Shown: positions 29,456-38,771 of the stretch, one piece after another | Layout of the letters: each line of letters opens with the position of its first letter | Position numbering within the stretch: position 1 is the first letter of the stretch | From: Betaproteobacteria bacterium | GTDB taxonomy: Bacteria > Pseudomonadota > Gammaproteobacteria > Burkholderiales > Ga0077523 | NCBI GenBank assembly: GCA_037141795.1 | Contig: JBAXBV010000009.1 | Span: 44,788-108,787, forward strand | Direction of reading: 5' to 3' | Length of the DNA: 64,000 nucleotides | Position numbers and translations under genes: made by a program | Notes under the pieces: generated by a model | Database searches by the model: none | Told to the model about the DNA's origin: nothing | Seen by the model: only the letters and a program-made list of their open reading frames with translations

Positions 29456-29810
29456 CTTGGCATCTTCACGGGAATCGATTCGTCGGGATGGCGATCATGG
29501 CCGGAGCCTAAAGCCGGTTGACTGCAGGCATCACGGGTTATGCTCCACGGTGCCGTAGTCGCCCGACTCCGGAGCCGGATACACGTCGCGAGACCCAGCA
29601 TAACGTCTTCCGCGCAGCCTGACTTGACCAGTGTCATGTCCGGCGTGATCAGACGGGCAGGCGGGAACCGCCGGGCGCGGAACATTGCCAGCCATCACCT
29701 GTCCGAGCGCGCGGGACGGATTCATGCCGGTGTTGATGGGCGCCCTGCCCGCCGACCCTGCCAACCGGGGCGTGACGCCGACATGTTGCGCCCGTGAACG
29801 AGGGAATGAA

Positions 29811-30560
29811 ATGATCGAATGGTTCGTGTGGATGCAGGATCCCCAGGCCTGGGTTGCGCTCGCCACGCTGGTGGTCCTGGAGATCGTTCTTGGCGTGGAC
29901 AACATCATCTTCATTTCCATCCTGGTCGGGCGTCTTCCTGCCCACGAGAGGAATCTGGCGCGCAATCTCGGTCTCGGTGCTGCGATGGTGACGCGCCTTC
30001 TGCTCCTGCTCAGCCTGGCCTGGATCATGCGCCTGACCGCACCGCTGTTCGAGGTTCTGGGTCAGCCGTTCTCCGGTCGCGACCTCATTCTCGTGACGGG
30101 AGGCCTGTTCCTGCTCTGGAAGAGCGTCCACGAGATTCACAATTCGCTCGAGGGGGCCGAGGACGATCACGCCCGGGCGGGCGCCGCGAGTTTCGCCGGT
30201 GTGCTGGCGCAGATCGCAGTCATCGACATCATCTTCTCCCTGGATTCCGTGATCACGGCCGTGGGCATGGTGGATCAGATCGGGGTCATGGTTCTGGCCA
30301 TCATCATCACGGTGGGCGTGATGCTCGTTGCCGCGCGGCCGATCGGCGAGTTCGTCGACCGGCATCCCACCGTCAAGATGCTCGCGCTGGCGTTCCTGAT
30401 CGTCGTGGGCGTCGCGCTCGTGGCCGACGGGCTGGGATTCCACATCCCGAAGGGCTACATCTACTTCGCCATGGCGTTTTCGATGGGGGTGGAACTTCTC
30501 AACATCCGGGCTCGATCGCGTGGCAAGGCCGTCGTCCTCCACAAGCCGGATCGTCCCTAG
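29811..30560 (+). CDS. TerC-family integral membrane protein
   Basis: Starts MIEWFVWMQDPQAWVALATLVVLEIVLGVDNIIFISILV. A second DS(V)I(T) repeat follows (IIFSLDSVITAVG). 249 aa. Confidence 0.85.
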   Translation: MIEWFVWMQDPQAWVALATLVVLEIVLGVDNIIFISILVGRLPAHERNLARNLGLGAAMVTRLLLLLSLAWIMRLTAPLFEVLGQPFSGRDLILVTGGLFLLWKSVHEIHNSLEGAEDDHARAGAASFAGVLAQIAVIDIIFSLDSVITAVGMVDQIGVMVLAIIITVGVMLVAARPIGEFVDRHPTVKMLALAFLIVVGVALVADGLGFHIPKGYIYFAMAFSMGVELLNIRARSRGKAVVLHKPDRP

Positions 30561-30572
30561 GGGACAGGACGC

Positions 30573-31364
30573 TCAGCGGTCCCCCCGCGGGCTGGCCGGT
30601 CGCTCGCCGAAGTGGGCGCGGGCGTGGGTTGCTTCCCCGGACGTTGCGGCCAGGCTGAACTGATCTGCGCCCGCGTGGGACGCCAGGTGGGACAGCGCAT
30701 AGGCGAGCGCATTGACCGTCTCCTTGGTCATGCGCAGGGCTGCCTGCGGCATGGAGAGCGCGCGCATGGCGATTTCGCGCCCCCGGGCCACGGTTGCGCC
30801 TGGGGCCGTGACATCGTCGACGATACCGAGCGCAAGTGCCTCATCGGCAGGAATCCGTTCACACAGGATCGCGAGCCGCTTCGTTCTTGCCGGGCCGGTC
30901 AGGGCGATGAGCCTCGGGAGGGTTCCCCAGGTCAGCGGCAGGCCCAGCGCGATTTCCGGGAGGCTTGCGAAGGCATCGCTCGCGATCACCCGCCAGTCGC
31001 ACGCAAGCGCCAGCGCGAGGCCGCCACCGATGGCGTATCCCTCGATGCAGGCGATGGTGATCTGCGGCAGTTCCTCCCAGGCCCGTGCCATCCGGTAACC
31101 GGTCTGGGCCATCTCGCGCTGCTCTGCGAAGCCGGCCGCGCCCGGATGCCACCTGGCAGCATCCTTCAGGTCGGCCCCAGCGGAAAACCAGCCTGGTGCG
31201 CCCGCCAAGATGATCGCGTCGACACCCGGCCGGTCCCGCAACTGCGCGGCGGCTCCGGTGAGTTCCCGCATGAAGTCGATCGACAACGCGTTGCGCCGTT
31301 CCGGCCGCTGCATGCGCACGATGGCGATCCGGTCCTCGATTTCGATCTGCACGGCTGAACCCAT
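30573..31364 (-). CDS. Enoyl-CoA hydratase/isomerase (crotonase) family protein
   Basis: 263 aa from the ATG at 31364. RPERRNAL, FSAGADLKD, and IEGYAIGGGLALALACD oxyanion-hole motifs. Confidence 0.85.
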   Translation of the reverse strand: MGSAVQIEIEDRIAIVRMQRPERRNALSIDFMRELTGAAAQLRDRPGVDAIILAGAPGWFSAGADLKDAARWHPGAAGFAEQREMAQTGYRMARAWEELPQITIACIEGYAIGGGLALALACDWRVIASDAFASLPEIALGLPLTWGTLPRLIALTGPARTKRLAILCERIPADEALALGIVDDVTAPGATVARGREIAMRALSMPQAALRMTKETVNALAYALSHLASHAGADQFSLAATSGEATHARAHFGERPASPRGDR

Positions 31365-31487
31365 GGCGGCTCCCGGTTGTCTGCAATCGCGGTACCTTAG
31401 TGCCCGCGGACCCACGCCTGCAACCTGGAACTCCGGGAGACCCCGACCCGCCGGCCCGCACCCATCCCTGCCTCTGGAGCCCGTTAC

Positions 31488-31859
31488 ATGACCGCACTGC
31501 ACCGCACGCCTGCCCGGGCTGCTGCCGCCCTGGCCTCGCTGTTACTCCTGCTGGGCAATGCCGCCTTCGCCCGGGAGCCTTTCCCGATGGAGGTGGCCTG
31601 GACGGATCCGAGATGTGATTTCATCGTGACCCGCAACGACGCTGGCCATGGCGTGGTGATGCGCCTCACACCGCTTTCGCTCGTGGCGGGCGACGTGCTG
31701 GTTGGCTCTCTCGACGAGGTGGGCTATGGCCGCAAGATCGGAAAACAGGGCTCCGACGAGGCAGCCATGATGCAGATCCGCAAGTACGGCATCCGGCGGA
31801 AGGTGGCCCTGGATCTGGTGTACGAATGGTCCCGCTACTGCAATCCGCCTGAGGAATAG
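31488..31859 (+). CDS. Hypothetical secreted protein (no family recognised)
   Basis: 123 aa. Signal peptide ..AAAALASLLLLLGNAAFA|REP. Third codon positions are mostly G/C by eye. Two cysteines, one near each end of the mature chain. I recognise no motif. Confidence 0.6.
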   Translation: MTALHRTPARAAAALASLLLLLGNAAFAREPFPMEVAWTDPRCDFIVTRNDAGHGVVMRLTPLSLVAGDVLVGSLDEVGYGRKIGKQGSDEAAMMQIRKYGIRRKVALDLVYEWSRYCNPPEE

Positions 31860-31980
31860 TTGACGGCGGGAACGGAGAGCTCACGCCTGCCTGGCGGGGC
31901 AGGGTCACGCTGTCGGGGGGGTGCCCGGTCGGCCGGTGGATTCTCCTGGCGGCGGCGTGCCTCCGCCTTTTCCCGACCGT

Positions 31981-32457
31981 TCAATCGGCCGGGTCGCGGA
32001 GGAGATCCGGGTTCATCACGGCGCGTACGGAAGGCCCGCCGAAGCTGTCCTTCGCGGCGGCCCGGAACCACCAGAGACCGCCTTTCCTGACCCGCCAGGG
32101 GTGCGCCTCACCCGTCAGCACCAGGGAAGCGGCCAGACCGAGTGTCGGTTGATGCCCGACGATCAGGACGGCGGTCTCGCCCTCTCCGGGCCAGCCTGCT
32201 GCCGCCAGCAATTCCTCGGGTCCGGCGCCGGGCGCGAGCGCCGGGGCCAGTTCGAAGTCGTTGGAAAGCGCAGTCGCGGTTTCGACGGTACGCGTCGCGG
32301 GACTGACGAGAATGCGCGTGCTGGAGGGTAATCGCGGGGCGAGCCACCTGGCGATCTCCCGGGCCTGCCGGTGGCCTTTCGGGGTGAGACTGCGACTCAT
32401 GTCCGGCGACCCATCGAAGGCCTCGGCATGTCTCCAGAGAAGAAGCTGCATGGGCAT
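31981..32457 (-). CDS. sixA: SixA-type phosphohistidine phosphatase (histidine phosphatase superfamily branch 1)
   Basis: 158 aa. LLWRHAEA (RHG-type motif), VSPATRTVET, VGHQP. The start ATG overlaps the upstream stop (TGATG). Confidence 0.75.
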   Translation of the reverse strand: MPMQLLLWRHAEAFDGSPDMSRSLTPKGHRQAREIARWLAPRLPSSTRILVSPATRTVETATALSNDFELAPALAPGAGPEELLAAAGWPGEGETAVLIVGHQPTLGLAASLVLTGEAHPWRVRKGGLWWFRAAAKDSFGGPSVRAVMNPDLLRDPAD

Positions 32458-33968
32458 CACCAGCAGGGTTTGAGTCGGGACAGCCGGCGCCAGGCGGTCT
32501 CGAACCGGTCCAGGGCCGCTGTCGCCCTTGCGTGGGTCCAGCCTCGCACCAGCCCGGCCGCGAACGACAGTTCGGGGTTGCCGGTGTCGAGCGTTGCCAG
32601 GAGGCGGCCCGTGATCGCCTCGTCGTTCAGGCGTCCCAGGATGTCCTGCAGTTCCGCGCTTCCCTGGAGCAGTGTGCGAACCCCCCGGGCTGGCAGAAGT
32701 GCCTCGAAGAACTCCAGCGCATAGCGCATTTTCTTGATCTCGATCCGGAGGGCGTGCAGAGACTCCGCGTCGTTCCGATCGGCGGTCGCGCCTGCCCGGC
32801 GCATGCGCTTCCACTGCCGGCGGAGCAGGGCCGGTGCCGATTCCGAGATCGAGGCCGACGGCGTCGCGCCCGCGCCGGACTGCCACGGAGCCTCGTGCAG
32901 AAGGAGCGCGAAATCGAGCAGCAGCCTCGTGTGATCGCGCGCCGCGAGTGCCTCCCGAGCCTGCTTGCGCGCCAGCTGTTGGGACGCATCCGCCGCCTCG
33001 GCGAGGCGCGCCAGAGCCGTTTCACCGGGAAACGCCTCGCGGATCGGAGGCAGGGTCTCGGCGACGAACACATCCCAATCGCGTGCGGCTCCAAGCCGCA
33101 GGGCGAGCGTCCGGAAACGGCCGAGCGTCTCATCCACGAGAGCCCTCGGCACGAGGGGACGGAAAAGATTGAAGGCGGAGCGCAACCGCCGGATGCCGAC
33201 CCGTGACTGATGCACGTACTCGGGATCATCCGAACCGAGCACGCCACGCTCGTTGCCCATGAGCTGCGCCAGGCAGGCGCCGGCGATTTCGCGCAGCGCC
33301 CCGGTCGAGCCGGTGGCGGGCTCGAGGGGAGGCGAAACCGCGCGGATAGGTGCCGGCTTCAAGCCGGCAAGCAGGGCATAACCCCGCTCCGCCTTGCTGG
33401 CATTCTCGAGGCGGAGATCCACCTCATCCAGAAGCTTCCGTGCGAACCCGAACAGGTGCACGGGGGTACCGTCCTTGAGCTCGAGTTCGATTTCCCGGAT
33501 GGGTTCGGTGACCCCCCTTGCGGAGATCGTCCCGGTGTCGATGGCGAGTTCCGCGATCTCCCCCGGATGGATCTCCATCAGGCTGGTGGTGCGCCGGAAA
33601 TCGGTCACGAAGACGGGAGAGATCCGCTCCCGGAGCCCGGGATCCGAGAAGAGGCGTGCGGCAGGCGTCCCGGAAAGTGCTGCCAGATTCAGCAGCTGCG
33701 CCGGCGTTGGCGCCTCGTACTCCTCGCGCTGGTGCAGACCAGTTCCCACCCCTCCACCGCACTTGAATGTCTGAATCCAGCGGCGTCCTGCCTTGCGCAG
33801 TCTGAGTGCCATGCCGGCGCGGGCAAGGGTGCGTTCCGCCGTATCGTAGTAGACGCTGTAGAGCCTGCGGGTCACGGGGGGGGAGCGACGGGCCGCGCGG
33901 AGCAGTCCGCTGCGCGACAGCTTTCTGATCTCGGAGGCTGCGATCGTCAGCTTGAGTTCGATTTCCAT
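32457..33968 (-). CDS. CYTH and CHAD domain protein (YgiF-like triphosphate tunnel enzyme with polyP-granule-associated domain)
   Basis: Starts MEIELKLTI (the ExExK signature of CYTH). The C-terminal ~280 aa are helical and Arg/His-rich with LHALRIEIKKMRYALEFF, typical of CHAD. The ORF-track N-terminal extension to 34364 overlaps ppk1 and is rejected. Confidence 0.8.
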   Translation of the reverse strand: MEIELKLTIAASEIRKLSRSGLLRAARRSPPVTRRLYSVYYDTAERTLARAGMALRLRKAGRRWIQTFKCGGGVGTGLHQREEYEAPTPAQLLNLAALSGTPAARLFSDPGLRERISPVFVTDFRRTTSLMEIHPGEIAELAIDTGTISARGVTEPIREIELELKDGTPVHLFGFARKLLDEVDLRLENASKAERGYALLAGLKPAPIRAVSPPLEPATGSTGALREIAGACLAQLMGNERGVLGSDDPEYVHQSRVGIRRLRSAFNLFRPLVPRALVDETLGRFRTLALRLGAARDWDVFVAETLPPIREAFPGETALARLAEAADASQQLARKQAREALAARDHTRLLLDFALLLHEAPWQSGAGATPSASISESAPALLRRQWKRMRRAGATADRNDAESLHALRIEIKKMRYALEFFEALLPARGVRTLLQGSAELQDILGRLNDEAITGRLLATLDTGNPELSFAAGLVRGWTHARATAALDRFETAWRRLSRLKPCW

Positions 33969-33994
33969 CGCGGCGGGGAGGTGTGCCCGGCGTC

Positions 33995-36142
33995 CTAGGG
34001 ACTTGCCTTGGGCCGCGAGGCAAGTTCCGACAGCAGTTCGAGCTGGGCGCAGCGCTCGGGTCCGTGGGGCGGCACACTGCGACAGTAGTTCCCGTCCGCA
34101 TCCATTTCCCAGGACTGGACATTGTCCTCGAGGTAGATCCTGAGCCCCTCGTTGATGACCCGGCGCTTGAGCTTTTCTTCGAGTATCGGGAAGCAGACCT
34201 CTATGCGCCGGAAGAAGTTGCGGTCCATCCAGTCCGCGCTGGAGAGGTAGGCGGTATCGCTCGACCGGAAGTGGAAGATCCGGTTGTGCTCGAGGAACCG
34301 GCCGATCACGGACCGCACTCGGATGTTCTGGGAAAGGCCCGGGATGCCGGGCCGCAGCGCGCAAACCCCGCGAACGATCAGGTCGATCCGGACGCCCGCT
34401 CGCGAGGCCTCGTACAGCTCATAGATCAGTTCCGGTTCGAGCAGGGCGTTCATCTTGGCGGTGATGCCTGCGGGGCGGCCTGCCCGGGCTTCCTCTGCCT
34501 CCCGGGCAATCGCCTCGAGCAGGCGCGGGTGCAACGTGAAGGGGGACTGCCAGAGATGGGTGTGGTGCCCCGCCTTCCCCAGGCCCGTCAGCTGCATGAA
34601 GACATCATTCACGTCCGCCGTGATCTCGGGGTTGCAGGTGAAGAGCCCGAAGTCCGTGTACAGCGTCGCCGTCCGCGAGTGATAGTTGCCCGTGCCGAGG
34701 TGTACATAGCGCAACAGCCTGCCTTCCTCCCGCCGGACCACCATCGCCATTTTCGCGTGGGTCTTGTGGCCCACGACTCCATAGACGACATGGGCACCCA
34801 CCTCCTCGAGCCGGGCGGCCCAGTTGATGTTGGCTTCCTCGTCGAATCGGGCCAGAAGTTCCACCACGACGGTGACGGCCTTGCCATTGCGGGCGGCGGT
34901 GATGAGATGCCGCATCAGCTCCGAATCGGCTCCCGTGCGGTAGACGGTCTGCTTGATGGCCACGACGTTCGGGTCGACGGCCGCCTCGCCGATGAAATTG
35001 ATGACTGGCTTGAAGGACTGAAACGGGTGGTGCAGAAGGCAATCGCCCTTGCGGATCGCCGCGAAGATATCCTGACCCTTGGAGAGTCTCGCGGGGATGC
35101 CGGGTACGAAGGGCTTGAACTTGAGGTCCGGGCGGTCGACCCGGTCCGGCACCTGCATGAGTCGCACAAGGTTCACGGGGCCGCGGACCTGATAGAGGTC
35201 GTCCTCGCCGAGCCCGAACTGCTGCAGAAGCGAGTCGGCGATGTGCTGGGGGCAGAGGTCCGCCACTTCCAGCCTCACCCCATCGCCGAAGTTGCGCTGC
35301 GGCAGTTCGCCCTGCAGCGCGATCCGGAGGTTCTTGATCTCCTCCTCATCCACGAAGAGGTCGCTGTTTCGCGTGACCCGGAACTGGTAGCACCCCTTCA
35401 CCTCCATGCCGGAGAACAGCTCGTTCACGTGGGCGTGCAGGATGGAGGAGAGGAAAACGAATCCGTATTCGCACCCCGCGATCGCGGAGGGCAGCAGAAT
35501 GAATCGCGGCAGGGCCCGGGGTGCCTGGACAATGGCCGCGCCGGAATTGCGGCCGAAGGCATCCTTCCCGGACAGCTCCACCGCAAAGTTGAGGCTCTTG
35601 TTGAGCAGACGGGGAAACGGGTGGGCGGGGTCGAGTCCGATGGGCGTGAGCACCGGCATGACTTCGCTGAAGAAGAACTCCCGGATCCAGTCCCGCTGGA
35701 CGTCATTCCACTCCCTTCTGCGCAGGAAGCGGATGCCTTCCGCGGCGAGGGCTGGCAGTAGTTCCTCATTGAAGATGACGTACTGGCGCCCCACCAGTTC
35801 GTGCGCCTGACGGGAGACTTCGCGCAGCACCTCGGCGGGCGGGGAGCCATCGGGACCCGTCGCCTCGGACCCCATCTGGATCTGGGCCTTCAGGCCAGCC
35901 ACCCGGATTTCGAAGAACTCGTCGAGATTGCTGCCGACGATGCACAGGAATCGCAGGCGCTCGAGGAGGGGCACCGACGAGTCCTGGGCCTGGGCGAGCA
36001 CCCGACGGTTGAACTCCAGCTGTCCGAGCTCGCGATTGAGGAAGTGCCGCGGTTCCGCGGCCAGCGCCTGCTCGATCTCGCCGGCCGGGAAGGTGGCCCG
36101 TTCGGCCCGGACGGGCGTTGCGCTGTCTTCCGAATCGCGCAT
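33995..36142 (-). CDS. ppk: Polyphosphate kinase 1
   Basis: 715 aa. LNRELGQLEFNRRVL, LERLRFLCIVGSNLDEFFEIRV, VVELLARFDEEANINWA, HAKMAMVVRRE, HLGTGNYH, SSADWMDRN. Colinear with E. coli PPK. Confidence 0.95.
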   Translation of the reverse strand: MRDSEDSATPVRAERATFPAGEIEQALAAEPRHFLNRELGQLEFNRRVLAQAQDSSVPLLERLRFLCIVGSNLDEFFEIRVAGLKAQIQMGSEATGPDGSPPAEVLREVSRQAHELVGRQYVIFNEELLPALAAEGIRFLRRREWNDVQRDWIREFFFSEVMPVLTPIGLDPAHPFPRLLNKSLNFAVELSGKDAFGRNSGAAIVQAPRALPRFILLPSAIAGCEYGFVFLSSILHAHVNELFSGMEVKGCYQFRVTRNSDLFVDEEEIKNLRIALQGELPQRNFGDGVRLEVADLCPQHIADSLLQQFGLGEDDLYQVRGPVNLVRLMQVPDRVDRPDLKFKPFVPGIPARLSKGQDIFAAIRKGDCLLHHPFQSFKPVINFIGEAAVDPNVVAIKQTVYRTGADSELMRHLITAARNGKAVTVVVELLARFDEEANINWAARLEEVGAHVVYGVVGHKTHAKMAMVVRREEGRLLRYVHLGTGNYHSRTATLYTDFGLFTCNPEITADVNDVFMQLTGLGKAGHHTHLWQSPFTLHPRLLEAIAREAEEARAGRPAGITAKMNALLEPELIYELYEASRAGVRIDLIVRGVCALRPGIPGLSQNIRVRSVIGRFLEHNRIFHFRSSDTAYLSSADWMDRNFFRRIEVCFPILEEKLKRRVINEGLRIYLEDNVQSWEMDADGNYCRSVPPHGPERCAQLELLSELASRPKASP

Positions 36143-36151
36143 CGTGCCTGG

Positions 36152-36427
36152 TCAGGGGCGGGGCGGGGGAACGTAACCCGCGGCGTGGTCGGCGCCGTCG
36201 CCGAAGAAGTGCCGCTCCATCTGGGCGGCGAGATACTGGCGCGCCTTGATGTCCGCCAGGCTCAGGCGATTCTCGTTGACCAGCATCTTCTGTTGTTCCA
36301 GCCAGTCCTTCCAGGCCTCTTTCGAGACGGATTCGAAGATTCTCTCGCCGAGCGGACCGGGATAGGGTGGGAAGTCGAGGCCTTCGGCCTCACGCTTGAG
36401 CTTGATGCAGTGGACCATGCGAGCCAT
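36152..36427 (-). CDS. yggX: Fe(2+)-trafficking / oxidative-damage protection protein YggX
   Basis: 91 aa. [50 protein letters not shown] is the YggX signature. Its stop lies 9 nt before the ppk1 start. Confidence 0.9.
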   Translation of the reverse strand: MARMVHCIKLKREAEGLDFPPYPGPLGERIFESVSKEAWKDWLEQQKMLVNENRLSLADIKARQYLAAQMERHFFGDGADHAAGYVPPPRP

Positions 36428-36543
36428 GGGGTAGTCCTTTCGGCCTAAGGCGCTTTGCGCCTGAATTCAATGGATTATCCCTGAAGGCGGCGAGGGCGTA
36501 AATCGCGCTCCCGCCGGATTGGACTCCCTTCCCGGGAGAACGC

Positions 36544-37875
36544 TCACGGTTTGGTCAACTGCTTGATCAGTACCTTCGAGCGTCTTTGATAATTGTAGAG
36601 TTGCTGGCGTTGCGCCGGCAGTTCGGCCACCGATGCCTCCGCGAACCCCTGTTCCACGAACCAGTGGGCCGCGCGGGTCGTGAGCACGAAGAGGCGCCGG
36701 TACCCTGCCTTGCGCGCCCGGGCCTCAATCACCTGCAGCAGGCGTTCACCGGCGCCGCCATTGCGGTGGTCCGGGTGGATGGCGACGCAGGCGAGTTCAG
36801 CTGCCTTTTCCTTTGCGAACGGATAGAGGGCGGCGCATCCCACGATCCGGTCGTCGTGCCGCAGCACGACGAACCGCGCGATCTCCATCTCGAGCAATTC
36901 GCGGGACCGCTTCACCAGGGTGCCATCGGCTTCAAGGGGTTCGATGAGCTGGAGGATGCCGCCGACATCGTCGATGGTCGCTTCGACCATCTGCTCGACC
37001 GGATCCTGTGTCACCAGAGTGCCGATCCCGGTGTGCGTGAACAATTCGAGCAGCAGGGCGCCATCCACGTGCCGGGAGATCAGGTGAACGCGCTTCACCC
37101 CACCCCGGCAGGCCCGGGTGGCGAATGGCAGATAGAGGGCGCCATCTCCCTGGAGCCCCCGGCGGGTGGCAATCAGTTCCTCCGCCTGCGAGATGGTGAC
37201 TTCCGGCCTCACCCTGCCCCGCCCGGCGCGGATGCCGGGCTCGTCCATCAGGAACAGCAGCTTGTCGGCCTTCAGCGCGATCGCCGTCTGGGCGGCCACA
37301 TCCTCCAGGGTCAGGTTGAAGATCTCTCCCGTCGGCGAGTAGCCCAGCGGCGAGACCAGCACCACGTCCTCGTCGTCGAGGCAGCGCTGGATGGCATCCG
37401 CGTGAATCTTCCGGACTTCGCCAGTGAACATCATGTCGACGCCCTCGATGATGCCCACCGGGCGGGCCACCACGAAGTTGCCGCTGGTCACCCGGATGGT
37501 CGCATTTGCCATGGGGGTGTTGGGCAGGCCCACCGAGAGCTGGGCCTCGATCTCCGTGCGCAGGCGTCCGCTCGCTTCCTTCACATCCTGCAGGGCCGCC
37601 TCGTCCGTGACGCGCATGTCCCGGACGTAGCGGATCTCCGCATCCCGCCTCTTGAGACGCTCCTCGATCTGCGGCCGCGCGCCATGCACGAGAACCAGCT
37701 TGACCCCGAGCGACGCGAGCAGGTTGAGGTCGTGGGTGAGCGCAACGAACTTGCCGTCGGCCACCACCTCGCCCCCGAAGGCCACCACGAAGGTTCGCCC
37801 GCCGAAGGCGTGGATGTACGGCGCCGAGGCCCGGAACCAGGGGACGAAGTGCTCGAGCGTCTTCGGGTCCATCAT
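36544..37875 (-). CDS. argA: Amino-acid N-acetyltransferase (N-acetylglutamate synthase)
   Basis: 443 aa. FVPWFRASAPYIHAFGGRTFVVAFGGE amino-acid-kinase fold followed by a C-terminal GNAT domain (HPDHRNGGAGERLL). Confidence 0.92.
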   Translation of the reverse strand: MMDPKTLEHFVPWFRASAPYIHAFGGRTFVVAFGGEVVADGKFVALTHDLNLLASLGVKLVLVHGARPQIEERLKRRDAEIRYVRDMRVTDEAALQDVKEASGRLRTEIEAQLSVGLPNTPMANATIRVTSGNFVVARPVGIIEGVDMMFTGEVRKIHADAIQRCLDDEDVVLVSPLGYSPTGEIFNLTLEDVAAQTAIALKADKLLFLMDEPGIRAGRGRVRPEVTISQAEELIATRRGLQGDGALYLPFATRACRGGVKRVHLISRHVDGALLLELFTHTGIGTLVTQDPVEQMVEATIDDVGGILQLIEPLEADGTLVKRSRELLEMEIARFVVLRHDDRIVGCAALYPFAKEKAAELACVAIHPDHRNGGAGERLLQVIEARARKAGYRRLFVLTTRAAHWFVEQGFAEASVAELPAQRQQLYNYQRRSKVLIKQLTKP

Positions 37876-37892
37876 CTTCGCCGACGGGGGTG

Positions 37893-38660
37893 CTACTTCG
37901 CAGCCATCCGGATGGCACCGTCCAGCCGGATGGTCTCGCCGTTGAGCATCTGATTGCGGCAGATCTGCTCCACCAGCCGAGCGAACTCCGCCGGCCGGCC
38001 CAGCCGCGACGGGAACGGCACCTGCTGTGCGAGGGACTGCTGCGCCTCCGGCGGCAGACCGGCCATCATGGGGGTCTCGAACAGGCCGGGCGCAATGGTC
38101 ATGACCCGGATGCCGAAGCGCGCGAGTTCACGGGCGATCGGCAGCGTCATGCCCACCACGCCGGCCTTCGACGCCGCATAGGCCGGTTGCCCGATCTGAC
38201 CATCGAAGGCTGCCACGGAGGCCGTGTTGACGATGACGCCCCGCTCGCCGGCGTCGTCCGGCTGTCCCCGGGACATTGCGTCCGCCGCGAGGCGGATCAT
38301 GTTGAAGGTGCCAACGAGATTGATGTTGACGATCCGTGCGAACCGGTCGAGCGCGAGCGGGCCGTCCCGGCCCAGAACCTTGGCGGGGACTCCCACGCCG
38401 GCACAGTTGACGAGACCCTGCAGGCCGCCGAAGGCCGACACGGCCAGGTCGACGGCGCGCTTCGCGTGTTCCTCGGAGGTCACGTCGCACTCCGAGAAGC
38501 GGACATCGGGCCCCAGGCGCGCTGCAAGCGCCTCGCCCGCAGCCGTATTGACATCAGCGACGATCACGCGACCGCCGTTCGAGGTGATCATTTCCACGGT
38601 GGCCTCGCCCAGGCCGGAGCTGCCGCCAGTGACGATGAAGACCCTGTTTCGAATATCCAT
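37893..38660 (-). CDS. Short-chain dehydrogenase, 3-hydroxyacyl-CoA dehydrogenase type II-like
   Basis: Starts at [42 protein letters not shown] (YxxxK). ETPMM and [14 protein letters not shown] tail are typical of HSD17B10-like SDRs. Confidence 0.85.
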   Translation of the reverse strand: MDIRNRVFIVTGGSSGLGEATVEMITSNGGRVIVADVNTAAGEALAARLGPDVRFSECDVTSEEHAKRAVDLAVSAFGGLQGLVNCAGVGVPAKVLGRDGPLALDRFARIVNINLVGTFNMIRLAADAMSRGQPDDAGERGVIVNTASVAAFDGQIGQPAYAASKAGVVGMTLPIARELARFGIRVMTIAPGLFETPMMAGLPPEAQQSLAQQVPFPSRLGRPAEFARLVEQICRNQMLNGETIRLDGAIRMAAK

Positions 38661-38771
38661 GATTTTCTGATCCTCTTCGAGAGCGGGTGGAAACCCCTCG
38701 GGCGAAGGCACACGCGGCCCCTGCCGCAGCCCGCCGAGGCCGAGATTAGATCACGAGCCCCGTCATTCGCG

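Noticed and set aside
29456-29685. A decayed iorA ([2Fe-2S] subunit) pseudogene upstream of the iorB-like gene.
   Set aside because: None of the three reverse frames shows the GCG..CGAC or CRCG cysteine patterns, or any IorA-like stretch.
29456-29810. A yybP-ykoY (Mn2+) riboswitch in front of the TerC-family gene.
   Set aside because: I looked for the near-invariant GGGGAGUAG loop and the UUGACA / AAGACC elements in the right order. Only loose fragments are present (GGTTGAC, GCGAGACC), there is no GGAGTAG, and they lie more than 200 nt from the start codon. An Infernal scan would be decisive.
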